NCBI RefSeq assembly: GCF_003334385.1
Contig: NZ_QOWN01000016.1
From: Escherichia coli
GTDB lineage: Bacteria; Pseudomonadota; Gammaproteobacteria; Enterobacterales; Enterobacteriaceae
DNA length: 64,000 nucleotides
Reading direction: 5' to 3' (one strand)
The position numbers and the translations under genes were made by a program. Under the pieces are notes generated by a model. It saw nothing but the letters and a program-made list of their open reading frames with translations, was not told the DNA's origin and ran no database searches. This document shows, in pieces, positions 25,090 through 37,242 of this stretch; position 1 is the stretch's first letter, and each line of letters starts with the position of its first letter.

Positions 25090-27461
25090 TCTCCTGTTGC
25101 TGTCTCATAGAACACATCTTTTGGTGCATCTTCTGGGAATGTAAGGTGAATACGGCATGATTGCTGCTCATCTTTTATATCTAGCACCATGTCCGGTTTG
25201 ATGTTATTGAGGAATACAACACCGTCATCCACTGATGTTGTCAGATAGTTGCCTTCACTATCTTCAATCGCAACGCCTCTGGGCAGTTTTTTGCCGTCGG
25301 AAAGTGTGATATTGAGTAATGCACGGCGTTGTGTTATCGCACTGAATCCGACTTTCCCTACTGCACCACGGCCTTGTTTGATCATTTTTGTGCCGTTACC
25401 GATATCGACATTTTTTGGCAAGCTGGCGGTATCGATCTCAACTCCTGATGTTCGCCACGACTGGATTGATGGAATGACGGCATTACCCCGAAAATCTGTC
25501 CATACTGGGCCTGCCTGAGATGTAATTCTGACACCTGCAATATTGTTATCCATTTTTGCGATGGCGAAAGTGTCATTGATAGTCCACGGTGAAAAGGTCA
25601 CTCCCTGATCATGTACGGCAATACCACCTGACATCGTACCGTTGTAAGTACGGCTATCACTGCCGCTTGCTCCTGCGGCAAGGCTGACTTGGGTGTAATG
25701 GAGATTGGAACTGATACTGCCGTTCAAGCTCGTTTCACGTTCGTCGTGATCTCGTTCAGCATTCACATAGTAGGACATCTCATCTGAGACGACTCCCATG
25801 ACACCAGTACCATAGTGGGTTTTATGATCGTCATGGCGAGTATACAGTGTGGCGGTGTTTGATCTGCCAAATGGAATACTGATGTTGACGTAGAACAGAT
25901 CACCATCGTCTTCATTATTTTCTGAAGCACTAAGTTGATGCTGCCAGTTGACGGAAACCGTGGCGTGTTTGAACGCTTTGTTCCAGTTAATATTAAGGTT
26001 GCTTGAGTCATTGTCACCGTCGTAACTATATGTTTTATAGCCACTGATGTTGAAACCACCCAGAATGGAGTTAGACCAGTTTAAACCAAGCGCATAAGTG
26101 CTTTTAGTCGGATCGGTATAATCATCATCAATCGCTTCAGACAGTTCGCGATAATGGCGATCAGATCGAGTGAGGCTGGTTGTTAGCCCAAGTGAAAATG
26201 GGAGATTGTAGTTCGCGTCAAGACGATATTTCTGTCCTTGCAGTGAGTCTTTCGTATCCTGCGATGTACTAATTTGGCTGCTCACTGTTAAATCGGGCAG
26301 GGGAACCAGACTCGACCGGATTGATGCCGCCTGATAATTTTCTGCTACGATAACGCCGCCGTTCATTGCACTCCAGCGTGTCAGATTCCATCCGCTCGAT
26401 GCACTAATTACCCAAGGTGATTCGTCATAGTCATCGTCTACCCGCCCTATCGCGAAGCGATAACCCTGGAAGCTTTCTACATGCTGATTAAACAGGGTGG
26501 AGGGAACAATATAGTTGTGCGAACTACCGTCTGTTTCGACAACGGTGACATTAAGATCACTATTACCATTGCGAACAGGTACATCAGGGATAGTGAATGC
26601 GCCCGCAGGAACCAGAATGGAATGAATTAAAACTCCTTGTTGACGAATCTCGACACGAGCCTGAGAGGTGTTGGCTATACCAGTAACTTGCACACCACTG
26701 CCGCTGGTTTGCAATGCGTTGTCCGGTGCGATTTCGATACCGTAAATACTGGCTCCTTCCAACACGCTATTATTGAGGTTAACTTCACCTGCTCGCATGA
26801 GTGTTTTAAGATCTGTAAAGGTACGTTGAAGGTAGGTTGACGAGTTCTGGTTACTGAATGTGCCATTTGTTTGTGTAAGGAACTGATGGCTGCGTAACAT
26901 CCAGTCATTAATATTAATCCCGCCTTCAAGTGCAGCCTGGGAGTAGTCCGAACTCCCATTAGAAAATTCTGCACGGCTGCTCATCAGAGAGTAGTTTAGC
27001 AGCGCAGCTGTTCCACCAGTTGCTGCGTTTGTGAGATCCAACCCTATGGGAATGATCGCCTGTGGTGAAACGATAATATCTAACGCTTCCTGGTTAGGTA
27101 ATGGTGTGATTGTGGTACCCGGGTAGGACAATATATAGTCGTAACAGCCATTTTTTTCTTCAGAAGGAATTTTTAAACCGGCTTGTTGCAGAAATGCCTG
27201 ATCAAGACAAATGTCGCCATTTTCATCAAAGCGCGTAGCAATGTTGCCTTTTTTTTCGCCATTTACTGATACTATCAGTGAATATTCACCTGGCAAAAAA
27301 CGGGCTGAACGGGAAAAATAATGCGATATATTAGGATCTACACCTAGTGATTTTAATGTTTCCCGATCAAAATCAACAGCGGCAATCTCTATACCATCTG
27401 CATTGGCTGGGGGAGAAAAGGCAAAACCAATGGTGTAGGCCAGTAACGTTTTTTTTAACAT
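25080..27461 (-). CDS. yhcD: Outer-membrane fimbrial usher
   Basis: About 793 aa from MLKKTLLAYTIG (track ORF 799 aa); usher-like beta-barrel sequence with a C-terminal Cys pair. Confidence 0.88.
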   Translation of the reverse strand: MLKKTLLAYTIGFAFSPPANADGIEIAAVDFDRETLKSLGVDPNISHYFSRSARFLPGEYSLIVSVNGEKKGNIATRFDENGDICLDQAFLQQAGLKIPSEEKNGCYDYILSYPGTTITPLPNQEALDIIVSPQAIIPIGLDLTNAATGGTAALLNYSLMSSRAEFSNGSSDYSQAALEGGININDWMLRSHQFLTQTNGTFSNQNSSTYLQRTFTDLKTLMRAGEVNLNNSVLEGASIYGIEIAPDNALQTSGSGVQVTGIANTSQARVEIRQQGVLIHSILVPAGAFTIPDVPVRNGNSDLNVTVVETDGSSHNYIVPSTLFNQHVESFQGYRFAIGRVDDDYDESPWVISASSGWNLTRWSAMNGGVIVAENYQAASIRSSLVPLPDLTVSSQISTSQDTKDSLQGQKYRLDANYNLPFSLGLTTSLTRSDRHYRELSEAIDDDYTDPTKSTYALGLNWSNSILGGFNISGYKTYSYDGDNDSSNLNINWNKAFKHATVSVNWQHQLSASENNEDDGDLFYVNISIPFGRSNTATLYTRHDDHKTHYGTGVMGVVSDEMSYYVNAERDHDERETSLNGSISSNLHYTQVSLAAGASGSDSRTYNGTMSGGIAVHDQGVTFSPWTINDTFAIAKMDNNIAGVRITSQAGPVWTDFRGNAVIPSIQSWRTSGVEIDTASLPKNVDIGNGTKMIKQGRGAVGKVGFSAITQRRALLNITLSDGKKLPRGVAIEDSEGNYLTTSVDDGVVFLNNIKPDMVLDIKDEQQSCRIHLTFPEDAPKDVFYETATGECQ

Positions 27462-27481
27462 CCTTGTCGCTCCAGGCAAAG

Positions 27482-28156
27482 TTATTTTAAGTCAGTGACA
27501 TATTTATTACCGCGATAACCATATCGGCTGGCTGGGTAAAACTCGACTTTTGTATCCGTAGCGTTTGTTAATGCAGTAGTTGTACTGGTGTGTGGTAGAA
27601 AATAGGTCTTATTTATAGCCCCCGTTTTTCCTGAAGGGAGCGTTTTAAATTGTAAGGTCATACGAACGACATAATTACTGGGGTTGCTAATCTCAATTTG
27701 GTCGCCATTTTTACGCCATTCCAGGAATTTCCAGGTCTCTCGCTCTTCCGGCAGGGAAGCCGGGTGGATCAGTACAGGTAGATCCTGACGAATTGAAACA
27801 GTAACTCTGCTGCTCTTGTCATCTTTTGGTGGAATACCTTCGAACGTTACGCGTTTCAGCTCTTCTGATTGCAGAGGAACAGTCGCCTGAAGTAAAAATC
27901 GAACCTGTTGTACTTGACCGGCTTCAACACGAATAACGGGCTGAGTCGGGATTAAACGAATTGATTTATTGCTTTCAGGCAAATCAACAATGGTGGTGTA
28001 AAGCAATGAAGGATGATCATCTGTATTCTTAATATTAATACTAGCTTCACCACGCTTTTCATCAACCAGCAATACTGATGTTTCAGGAACCATCCCTGTG
28101 GCTAAGGTATTCATTGATGTTGTTATAAATACAGTGAATGTAATGTGTCTGAGCAT
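27482..28156 (-). CDS. yhcA: Periplasmic fimbrial chaperone (PapD-like)
   Basis: 224 aa with a signal peptide; 2 bp upstream of the usher gene. Confidence 0.88.
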   Translation of the reverse strand: MLRHITFTVFITTSMNTLATGMVPETSVLLVDEKRGEASINIKNTDDHPSLLYTTIVDLPESNKSIRLIPTQPVIRVEAGQVQQVRFLLQATVPLQSEELKRVTFEGIPPKDDKSSRVTVSIRQDLPVLIHPASLPEERETWKFLEWRKNGDQIEISNPSNYVVRMTLQFKTLPSGKTGAINKTYFLPHTSTTTALTNATDTKVEFYPASRYGYRGNKYVTDLK

Positions 28157-28327
28157 TTAAATTAAAACTCCTGTAATAATGATAAATAACGCAGAAACAT
28201 ATTGTTAATATATGTTATGCACTGTTTGCGATGAGATTGATTAAGACAGACCATGTCATAGGGCATAATCTGTCCGAGTTATAGCTAACTGGTTAATGCG
28301 TAAAAATAAAAACTGTATTACAAGTTC

Positions 28328-29092
28328 TTATAAATACTGAACGCTGATAGTGACGTTACCATCCAGTTTGATCGTTTCATCAGAACCAAGAATAGTATTG
28401 TCATTTACCGCAGCATCAATCAGTAACGGGAAGGTGACCGCTGTAATGGCAACAGGTGTCAGTTCCCCTGTTTTTGCAACAGAATAACCGCGCTCGATTG
28501 CTGAGCAACTTGTCAGCGAGCAGAATGCGCCATTAGATGAGGCTTTCCATGTGGGGGTCGCTGCTGACCAGTGGTCAGTTTGAATCAGGTCGACAGGAAT
28601 TTCACCTGTATCGTCCGCCGCGTGAATCCCACCATTAGACCTGTCAATACCAATGGATGCAGCGCCAATTTTTTGTCCATTAGGCGCAGAACCTAAACCA
28701 AAGGCGTTTTTCGTTCCCTTCATATCTACGAGAGTATCATAAGCTTTTTCAATATAGGATGTGTCGTTTAACGCTACAATGGTCGACTGACGGTTATCCT
28801 TGGAGGTTACAGCAATTAGCGTTGGTGCTGTGCAGGTTATATTTAATGTGCTGTTTTTGCGGCCCAGTTGAACCAGTTTATTACTTTTACCGGTCGGATT
28901 CAGCGCACTGTTATGATGTTTCCCATAGTCAACAATGCCGCCGCCCGTAACAACTGGGGTACATGCACCAGGGGTATACTCGCCGATGATAGTTAATTCT
29001 GTATCAGTTGAATCTGTTGCCATGGCACTGAATGCTGCAACAGAAAGTGCTGCACAAATAGCAGCTGTTGTGAGGTTCTTTTTGAAAAACAT
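28328..29092 (-). CDS. gltF: Secreted fimbrial-like protein GltF (DUF1120 type), probable first subunit of the chaperone-usher operon
   Basis: 254 aa with signal peptide MFFKKNLTTAAICAALSVAAFSAMA; paralogous to YhcF. Confidence 0.85.
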   Translation of the reverse strand: MFFKKNLTTAAICAALSVAAFSAMATDSTDTELTIIGEYTPGACTPVVTGGGIVDYGKHHNSALNPTGKSNKLVQLGRKNSTLNITCTAPTLIAVTSKDNRQSTIVALNDTSYIEKAYDTLVDMKGTKNAFGLGSAPNGQKIGAASIGIDRSNGGIHAADDTGEIPVDLIQTDHWSAATPTWKASSNGAFCSLTSCSAIERGYSVAKTGELTPVAITAVTFPLLIDAAVNDNTILGSDETIKLDGNVTISVQYL

Positions 29093-29611
29093 ATGAACAT
29101 ATCCTTAATAACAAATTTATTTTTTAAAATAAAAAGCTGAAGCAGTATATATATCTGTTTGTGAATGTAAATAAATAACTCGTTCAGAAATAGCCAACTT
29201 GCTGGGATGTATTTATTTAATGAATTTTATAGTTACGATCATGTGAATAATAAGGTGCTGGTGAGGTGGTTTGTGGTGATAATTATTCATTACATGAATG
29301 TTTGCGCTGAAAAATAGGAAAATATATAGATAATTAAGGATAATATATTGGTTTTTTATATTCATATTTTGTATATTAATATCGAGACAATTTACATGGA
29401 ATGAAAAGACTGAATAGCTTGCAGAATCGGTATTGTCAGAGGTGTTAACAAGTAATTGAGACGGATTGTAAATGAGAAATTGCTTGATGTGCTTCACTCA
29501 TCAGACTTGGTGAACAAAGCACAATTTATTGAAAATTATCCCTATTATAGGAAAGGTCAAACGCTCATGCCGCATTTGCCAGAAAACAACGCGCACTTCG
29601 TCAGTAATTTG

Positions 29612-29636
29612 ATTCGCCAGACACAGTCTGGCGAAT
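29612..29636. repeat. Palindromic element, CAGAC-N3-GTCTG family, copy 5 (extragenic, just downstream of gltD)
   Basis: ATTCGCCAGAC-aca-GTCTGGCGAAT with perfect 11 bp arms; arms identical to intragenic copy 4. Confidence 0.8.
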
Positions 29637-29651
29637 TCATTGTTACCTCGC

Positions 29652-31082
<1,431 letters not shown>

Positions 31083-34000
31083 TTACTGCGCCTGCACGCG
31101 CAACTCAGCTGCGCTACGACTACGGTGACCCAGCAGTGCTTTTACATCACTGGACTTCGGTTTAACCAGCGCAAATTTAGTGGCGAAGGTTGACCAGTTC
31201 GCCAGAATCTCTTCACCGCGCTGAGAGCCGGTATGCTGCACATGCTCGGTGATAAGACCACGCAGATGCTCTTCATGGATCGCCAGAGCGTCAACGCTTA
31301 AGACCTCGACCAGTTCCGGGTTAACGCGTTTGCGGAAATCGCCGCTTTCATCGAGAACGTAAGCGAAACCGCCGGTCATGCCCGCACCGAAGTTAACGCC
31401 GGTTTTACCCAGAATGCAGACGATACCACCCGTCATATATTCACAACCGTTGTCGCCAATGCCTTCTACCACGGTGATAGCACCGGAGTTACGCACGCCG
31501 AAACGTTCACCCGCGCGGCCTGCGGCATACAGACGACCACCGGTCGCGCCATACAGGCAGGTGTTGCCGATAATGCTTGCTTCATGGCTGCGGAAGGCGG
31601 AACCAACCGGAGGACGAATGGCGATTAAGCCGCCCGCCATGCCTTTACCGACATAGTCGTTGGCATCACCGGTCAGGTACAGTTCCACGCCGCCCGCGTT
31701 CCACACGCCGAAGCTCTGGCCTGCGGTGCCGTTGAAGTACGCTTTGATAGGATCGGCTGCCAGCCCCTGATCGCCGTGCGTCTGGGCGATATAGCCTGAA
31801 AGCGACGCGCCGACAGAACGGTCGGTGTTGCGAATATCGAACCAGAAGGTTTTGCTCTGGCGCTCATCGACAAACGGTTTCGCCTGTTGCAGCAACTGCG
31901 CGTTCAGCAGGCCGTTATCAAACGGCGGGTTGTTTTCGGTGCAGTAGAGTGCCTTACCTGGATGCGGTTCGGCAGTCTCCAGCAGCTTCGACAGCGCCAG
32001 CTTCTGCTGTTTGGCGGTGAAACCGTCCAGCTCTTTCAGCAGGTCGGTGCGACCAATCAGATCCACCAGACGTGTTACGCCAAGCTGTGCCATCAGCTCG
32101 CGGGTTTCACGGGCGATAAACTCAAAGTAATTCGTCACCTTGAATGGCAGGCCGTGATAGTGGTTCTTACGCAGTTTGTCATCCTGAGTTGCTACACCCG
32201 TTGCGCAGTTGTTCAGATGGCAAATACGTAGATATTTACAGCCGAGCGCCACCATCGGGCCAGTGCCGAAGCCGAAGCTTTCTGCGCCGAGAATCGCCGC
32301 CTTGATGATATCGACACCCGTTTTCAGGCCGCCATCGACCTGCAAACGGATCTTGTGACGCAAGCCGTTAGCAACCAGCGCCTGCTGGGTTTCAACAAGC
32401 CCCAGCTCCCACGGACAGCCTGCGTATTTCACCGATGAAAGCGGACTTGCGCCGGTGCCGCCGTCATAGCCTGCGATGGTGATCAAGTCCGCATAAGCTT
32501 TTGCCACGCCAGTCGCGATGGTGCCTACTCCCGGTTCGGAAACCAGCTTCACGGAGATCATCGCTTTCGGGTTAACCTGCTTGAGGTCGAAAATGAGCTG
32601 CGCTAAGTCCTCGATAGAGTAGATATCGTGGTGCGGCGGCGGGGAGATCAGCGTCACTCCGGGCACCGAATAGCGCAGTTTGGCGATGTAAGGCGTGACT
32701 TTATCACCCGGCAACTGACCGCCTTCGCCTGGCTTCGCGCCCTGGGCGACTTTAATCTGAATGACGTCGGCATTGACCAGATACGCCGGAGTAACCCCAA
32801 AGCGACCGGAAGCCACCTGCTTGATGCGCGACACTTTGTTGGTGCCGTAGCGCGCCGGGTCTTCGCCGCCTTCACCGGAGTTCGAATTACCGCCGATGCT
32901 GTTCATCGCTTCCGCCAGCGCCTCGTGGGCTTCCGGGCTTAACGCGCCGATAGACATCGCGGCGGTATCAAAGCGTTTAAACAGTTCGCTTGCCGGTTCA
33001 ACATCAGCAATGTTGACCGCGTTTTCACCCGGCGTAATTGCCAGCAGATCGCGCAGCGTGGTTGCCGGACGCTCATTAACCAGCTTCGCGTATTCCTGAT
33101 AGTCGCTGTACTCGCCGCTTTGTACCGCTTGTTGCAGCGTGCGCACCACGTCCGGGTTGTAGGCGTGGTATTCGCCGCCGTGGACGTATTTCAGCAGACC
33201 GCCCTGGCTGATGGGCTTACGCGCCAGCCAGGCACGTTTCGACAGATTCAGCAGATCCTGCTGGAAGTCTTCAAAGCTTGCTCCACCAATGCGGCTGACC
33301 GCCCCCTGGAAGCACAGGCCCACTACATCATCGTGTAGACCGACCGCTTCAAACAGTTTCGAGCAGCGGTAAGAGGCGATGGTGGAGATGCCCATTTTGG
33401 ACATGATTTTGTACAAGCCTTTGTTGATGCCGTTACGGTAGTTGAGCATCACGGTACGATAATCTTTGGCAATCGCATGGGTGTCTACCAGGCGGCCCAG
33501 CGTTTCATAGGCAAGGTATGGATAAATAGCCGTCGCGCCGAAGCCCAGCAACACGGCGAAGTGGTGCGGATCGCGGGCGCTGGCGGTTTCGACGATGATG
33601 TTGGCATCGCAACGCAGGCTTTGATCGACCAGACGGGTCTGGATCGCGCCAACCGCCATCGGGGCTGGAACCGGCAGGCGATCTTTAGCGATATTCCGGT
33701 CGGAGAGCACCAGCAGCACGGTGCCGCTACGTACCATTTTTTCGGCTTTGTCGCACAGCTCTTTGACTGTCGCTTCGAGCGTGGTTTTAGTGACGTCAAA
33801 GGTGATATCCAGCGTATCTGCGCGGTAGTGCTCCTCTTTCATCGTCGTGAGCTGTTTGAAATCGGAGTAGAGCAGAATCGGCGATTTAAAGCTTAAACGG
33901 TGCGCCTGGCCCTCTGCTTCGCAAAAGACGTTCATTTCACGACCGATACTGGTGGCGAGCGACATAACATGCGCTTCACGCAGCGGGTCGATTGGCGGGT

Positions 34001-35543
34001 TAGTCACCTGGGCAAACTGCTGGCGGAAGTAGTCGTAAATAATGCGCGGCTGACTGGAGAGCACGGCGAATGGGGTATCATCGCCCATCGAACCGACCGC
34101 TTCCTGACCGTTTTCGCCCAGTACGCGAATTACGGAGTCCAGCTCTTCCGCGCTGTAGTTAAACTGTTTCTGGTAGCTGGCAAGCGTGTCGTCGTCCAGT
34201 TCGCGGCTACCCACTTCTTCATCGGGCAGATCTTCAAACGGTACCAGTCGGCGGACGTTTTTCTCCATCCACTCTTTATATGGATGGCGGCTTTTCAGAT
34301 CGTCATCGGTTTCTGCCGAGTGCAGAATACGCCCACTGCGGGTGTCGATAACCATCAGTTCGCCTGGCCCGACGCGGCCTTTTTCGACCACTTCGTCAGG
34401 CTGGTAATCCCAGATACCGACTTCAGAGGCGCAGGTGATGAGCTTATCTTTGGTGATGACGTAGCGCGCCGGACGCAGACCGTTACGGTCGAGGTTACAG
34501 GCGGCAAAACGACCGTCGGACATCACGATGCCCGCCGGGCCATCCCACGGCTCCATATGCATGGAGTTAAAGTCAAAGAAGGCACGCAGTTCCGGGTCCA
34601 TATCCGGGTTGTTCTGCCAGGCGGGTGGTACTAATAGACGCATGGCGCGGATGATATCCATCCCGCCTGCCAGCAGCAGTTCCAGCATGTTATCCATCGA
34701 ACTGGAGTCAGAGCCGGTTTCGTTGACGAACGGTGCGGCGTCGTGCAGGTCAGGGATAAGCGGTGTCTGGAATTTATAAGTACGCGCACGCGCCCATTGG
34801 CGGTTACCGGTGATGGTGTTGATTTCACCGTTATGCGCCAGATAGCGGAACGGTTGCGCCAGCGGCCAGCGCGGTACGGTGTTAGTGGAGAAGCGCTGGT
34901 GGAACAGGCAAATGGCCGATTCCAGACGCAGGTCCGCAAGATCCAGATAAAAGCGCGGCAGATCCGTCGGCATACACAGACCTTTATAGATGTTCACCAG
35001 ATTCGACAGGCTACAGACGTAGAAGTCTTTGTCGGCTTCGAGACGCTTTTCAATGCGGCGGCGGGCGATAAACAGACGGCGCTCCATATCGCGTGGACGC
35101 CAGCCTGCCGGGGCGTTCACAAAAATTTGCTCAATGCGTGGCAGAGAGGAGAGGGCGATTTCACCCAGCACGCCTTCGTTAGTGGGGACATCACGCCAGC
35201 CCACAATCGACAAGGTTTCGCGTTGCAGTTCTTCTTCAACGATGCGGCGTGCGGCAGCGGCGAGTTCAGGATCTTTATTCAGGAAGAGCATCCCGACAGC
35301 GTAGTTTTTTGCTAAACGCCAGCCGCGCTCCTGCGCAACGATGCGAAAAAAGCGATCCGGTTTTTGTAACAGCAAGCCGCAACCGTCGCCGGTTTTACCA
35401 TCGGCGAGAATCGCGCCACGGTGCTGCATGCGGGCCAGTGCGTGTATTGCAGTACGCACTACCTTGTGGCTAGGTTCGCCTTCTATGTGGGCGATCAGGC
35501 CGAAACCACAGTTATCCCTCTCAAGGGATTTATCGTACAACAT
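31083..35543 (-). CDS. gltB: Glutamate synthase (NADPH) large subunit
   Basis: 1486 aa from [16 protein letters not shown] (amidotransferase Cys after the propeptide); the track ORF extends 36 codons further to 35651, so the start is uncertain. Confidence 0.93.
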   Translation of the reverse strand: MLYDKSLERDNCGFGLIAHIEGEPSHKVVRTAIHALARMQHRGAILADGKTGDGCGLLLQKPDRFFRIVAQERGWRLAKNYAVGMLFLNKDPELAAAARRIVEEELQRETLSIVGWRDVPTNEGVLGEIALSSLPRIEQIFVNAPAGWRPRDMERRLFIARRRIEKRLEADKDFYVCSLSNLVNIYKGLCMPTDLPRFYLDLADLRLESAICLFHQRFSTNTVPRWPLAQPFRYLAHNGEINTITGNRQWARARTYKFQTPLIPDLHDAAPFVNETGSDSSSMDNMLELLLAGGMDIIRAMRLLVPPAWQNNPDMDPELRAFFDFNSMHMEPWDGPAGIVMSDGRFAACNLDRNGLRPARYVITKDKLITCASEVGIWDYQPDEVVEKGRVGPGELMVIDTRSGRILHSAETDDDLKSRHPYKEWMEKNVRRLVPFEDLPDEEVGSRELDDDTLASYQKQFNYSAEELDSVIRVLGENGQEAVGSMGDDTPFAVLSSQPRIIYDYFRQQFAQVTNPPIDPLREAHVMSLATSIGREMNVFCEAEGQAHRLSFKSPILLYSDFKQLTTMKEEHYRADTLDITFDVTKTTLEATVKELCDKAEKMVRSGTVLLVLSDRNIAKDRLPVPAPMAVGAIQTRLVDQSLRCDANIIVETASARDPHHFAVLLGFGATAIYPYLAYETLGRLVDTHAIAKDYRTVMLNYRNGINKGLYKIMSKMGISTIASYRCSKLFEAVGLHDDVVGLCFQGAVSRIGGASFEDFQQDLLNLSKRAWLARKPISQGGLLKYVHGGEYHAYNPDVVRTLQQAVQSGEYSDYQEYAKLVNERPATTLRDLLAITPGENAVNIADVEPASELFKRFDTAAMSIGALSPEAHEALAEAMNSIGGNSNSGEGGEDPARYGTNKVSRIKQVASGRFGVTPAYLVNADVIQIKVAQGAKPGEGGQLPGDKVTPYIAKLRYSVPGVTLISPPPHHDIYSIEDLAQLIFDLKQVNPKAMISVKLVSEPGVGTIATGVAKAYADLITIAGYDGGTGASPLSSVKYAGCPWELGLVETQQALVANGLRHKIRLQVDGGLKTGVDIIKAAILGAESFGFGTGPMVALGCKYLRICHLNNCATGVATQDDKLRKNHYHGLPFKVTNYFEFIARETRELMAQLGVTRLVDLIGRTDLLKELDGFTAKQQKLALSKLLETAEPHPGKALYCTENNPPFDNGLLNAQLLQQAKPFVDERQSKTFWFDIRNTDRSVGASLSGYIAQTHGDQGLAADPIKAYFNGTAGQSFGVWNAGGVELYLTGDANDYVGKGMAGGLIAIRPPVGSAFRSHEASIIGNTCLYGATGGRLYAAGRAGERFGVRNSGAITVVEGIGDNGCEYMTGGIVCILGKTGVNFGAGMTGGFAYVLDESGDFRKRVNPELVEVLSVDALAIHEEHLRGLITEHVQHTGSQRGEEILANWSTFATKFALVKPKSSDVKALLGHRSRSAAELRVQAQ

Positions 35544-36217
35544 ATCGTGAACCTCCCCCAGGCTCTGCGGGAACCCCACTTCCGAACCGCTGCGCACGGG
35601 CACAGAAAGAGCGTGGCGACGGGGTTTGCGTGTCATACGCGCGCCTCGCATTCGCCCCCTTGTTGTCCTTTTCGCATCGGTTAATACGGTGAAGAGGGGA
35701 TCTCAATTACTGCATAAATATGATGAGCAGGCTGCTCATCCAGAAAGCTTCCAGCGGATTTCCAACTTATCGGGAAAGCTGATACAGGTCAAATGGCAAG
35801 CTTATTGGTACAGAAATGTGCTTTAGCGCAAAATTCTTTATTAAATGACTGAAATTAAAATGGATTTTATCTTTAAGGCTAAAAGGGAAGTCGTTAGAGA
35901 AACAGTCAATTCCTGACTGTCATAAAGGTGTGTTAACCCTTATCCTGCCTTGAACTGACGACAAAACCAGCATTTTATACTGCCTTAATTGGTAATGACG
36001 TTTCATGCTACTGTTTTTGCCTAAAATCCATCAGGAGATAAAAAAATCTGACACAAGATAAGCAAAAGTGATTTATGTGATTATGCATGAAATTTCGGTA
36101 ATTTTGATTGATTATGCAGTTGATAAAAGCAGGCCGGGACGATTGATCCAGGTCATCGCCGAATTGAGCTAAAAATGGCAGGCTTTGGCCTCTTTTCAAG
36201 GCGCGGTCTATCAGATT

Positions 36218-37147
36218 ATGCAGTTACAGAAATTAGTCAATATGTTTGGTGGTGATCTCACCCGTCGTTATGGGCAAAAGGTGCATAAGCTGACGCTGCA
36301 CGGCGGTTTTAGCTGCCCTAACCGTGACGGTACCATCGGGCGTGGTGGCTGCACATTCTGTAATGTTGCCTCGTTTGCCGATGAAGCGCAGCAGCATCGT
36401 TCCATTGCCGAGCAACTGGCGCACCAGGCGAATTTAGTTAACCGCGCTAAACGCTATCTGGCCTACTTTCAGGCGTATACCAGCACCTTTGCGGAAGTTC
36501 AGGTGCTGCGTTCTATGTATCAGCAGGCGGTGAGCCAGGCCAATATTGTCGGTTTGTGTGTGGGTACCCGCCCGGACTGCGTGCCGGATGCGGTGCTGGA
36601 TCTGCTTTGCGAATATAAGGACCAGGGTTACGAAGTGTGGCTGGAGCTGGGGCTACAAACCGCCCACGACAAAACACTGCATCGCATCAACCGCGGCCAT
36701 GATTTTGCCTGTTATCAGCGTACAACCCAGCTGGCACGTCAGCGCGGGCTGAAGGTGTGTTCCCACTTAATTGTCGGCCTGCCTGGCGAAGGGCAGGCTG
36801 AATGTTTGCAAACGCTGGAGCGAGTGGTTGAAACCGGCGTGGACGGCATAAAGCTGCATCCGCTGCATATTGTGAAAGGCAGCATTATGGCGAAAGCCTG
36901 GGAAGCGGGGCGTTTGAACGGTATTGAACTGGAGGATTACACGCTCACTGCCGGAGAAATGATTCGCCATACGCCACCGGAAGTGATCTACCACCGCATT
37001 TCCGCCAGCGCCCGTCGCCCGACGCTGCTTGCTCCGCTGTGGTGCGAAAATCGATGGACGGGAATGGTCGAGCTGGATCGCTATCTGAATGAACATGGCG
37101 TACAGGGATCGGCGCTGGGACGTCCGTGGCTACCTCCAACGGAGTAG
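36218..37147 (+). CDS. yhcC: Radical SAM protein YhcC
   Basis: 309 aa from MQLQKLVNMFGG with Cys-rich motif CPNRDGTIGRGGCTFC; divergent from gltB. Confidence 0.88.
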   Translation: MQLQKLVNMFGGDLTRRYGQKVHKLTLHGGFSCPNRDGTIGRGGCTFCNVASFADEAQQHRSIAEQLAHQANLVNRAKRYLAYFQAYTSTFAEVQVLRSMYQQAVSQANIVGLCVGTRPDCVPDAVLDLLCEYKDQGYEVWLELGLQTAHDKTLHRINRGHDFACYQRTTQLARQRGLKVCSHLIVGLPGEGQAECLQTLERVVETGVDGIKLHPLHIVKGSIMAKAWEAGRLNGIELEDYTLTAGEMIRHTPPEVIYHRISASARRPTLLAPLWCENRWTGMVELDRYLNEHGVQGSALGRPWLPPTE

Positions 37148-37242
37148 GTCGTTGAGGGGAATTCCGCATTTCTCACACAATTTATAACGTAACTGTCAGA
37201 ATTGGGTATTATTGGGGCAGGTTGTCGTGAAGGAATTCCCTA

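Noticed and set aside
29213-29497. 94 aa ORF in the AT-rich gltD-gltF spacer.
   Set aside because: Extremely AT-rich, Asn/Ile/Lys/Phe-dominated low-complexity translation with no RBS; consistent with a chance ORF in AT-rich regulatory DNA.
36008-36199. 63 aa ORF in the gltB-yhcC divergent intergenic region.
   Set aside because: Overlaps the likely yhcC promoter and start region, with no RBS or coding periodicity evident; treated as regulatory DNA.
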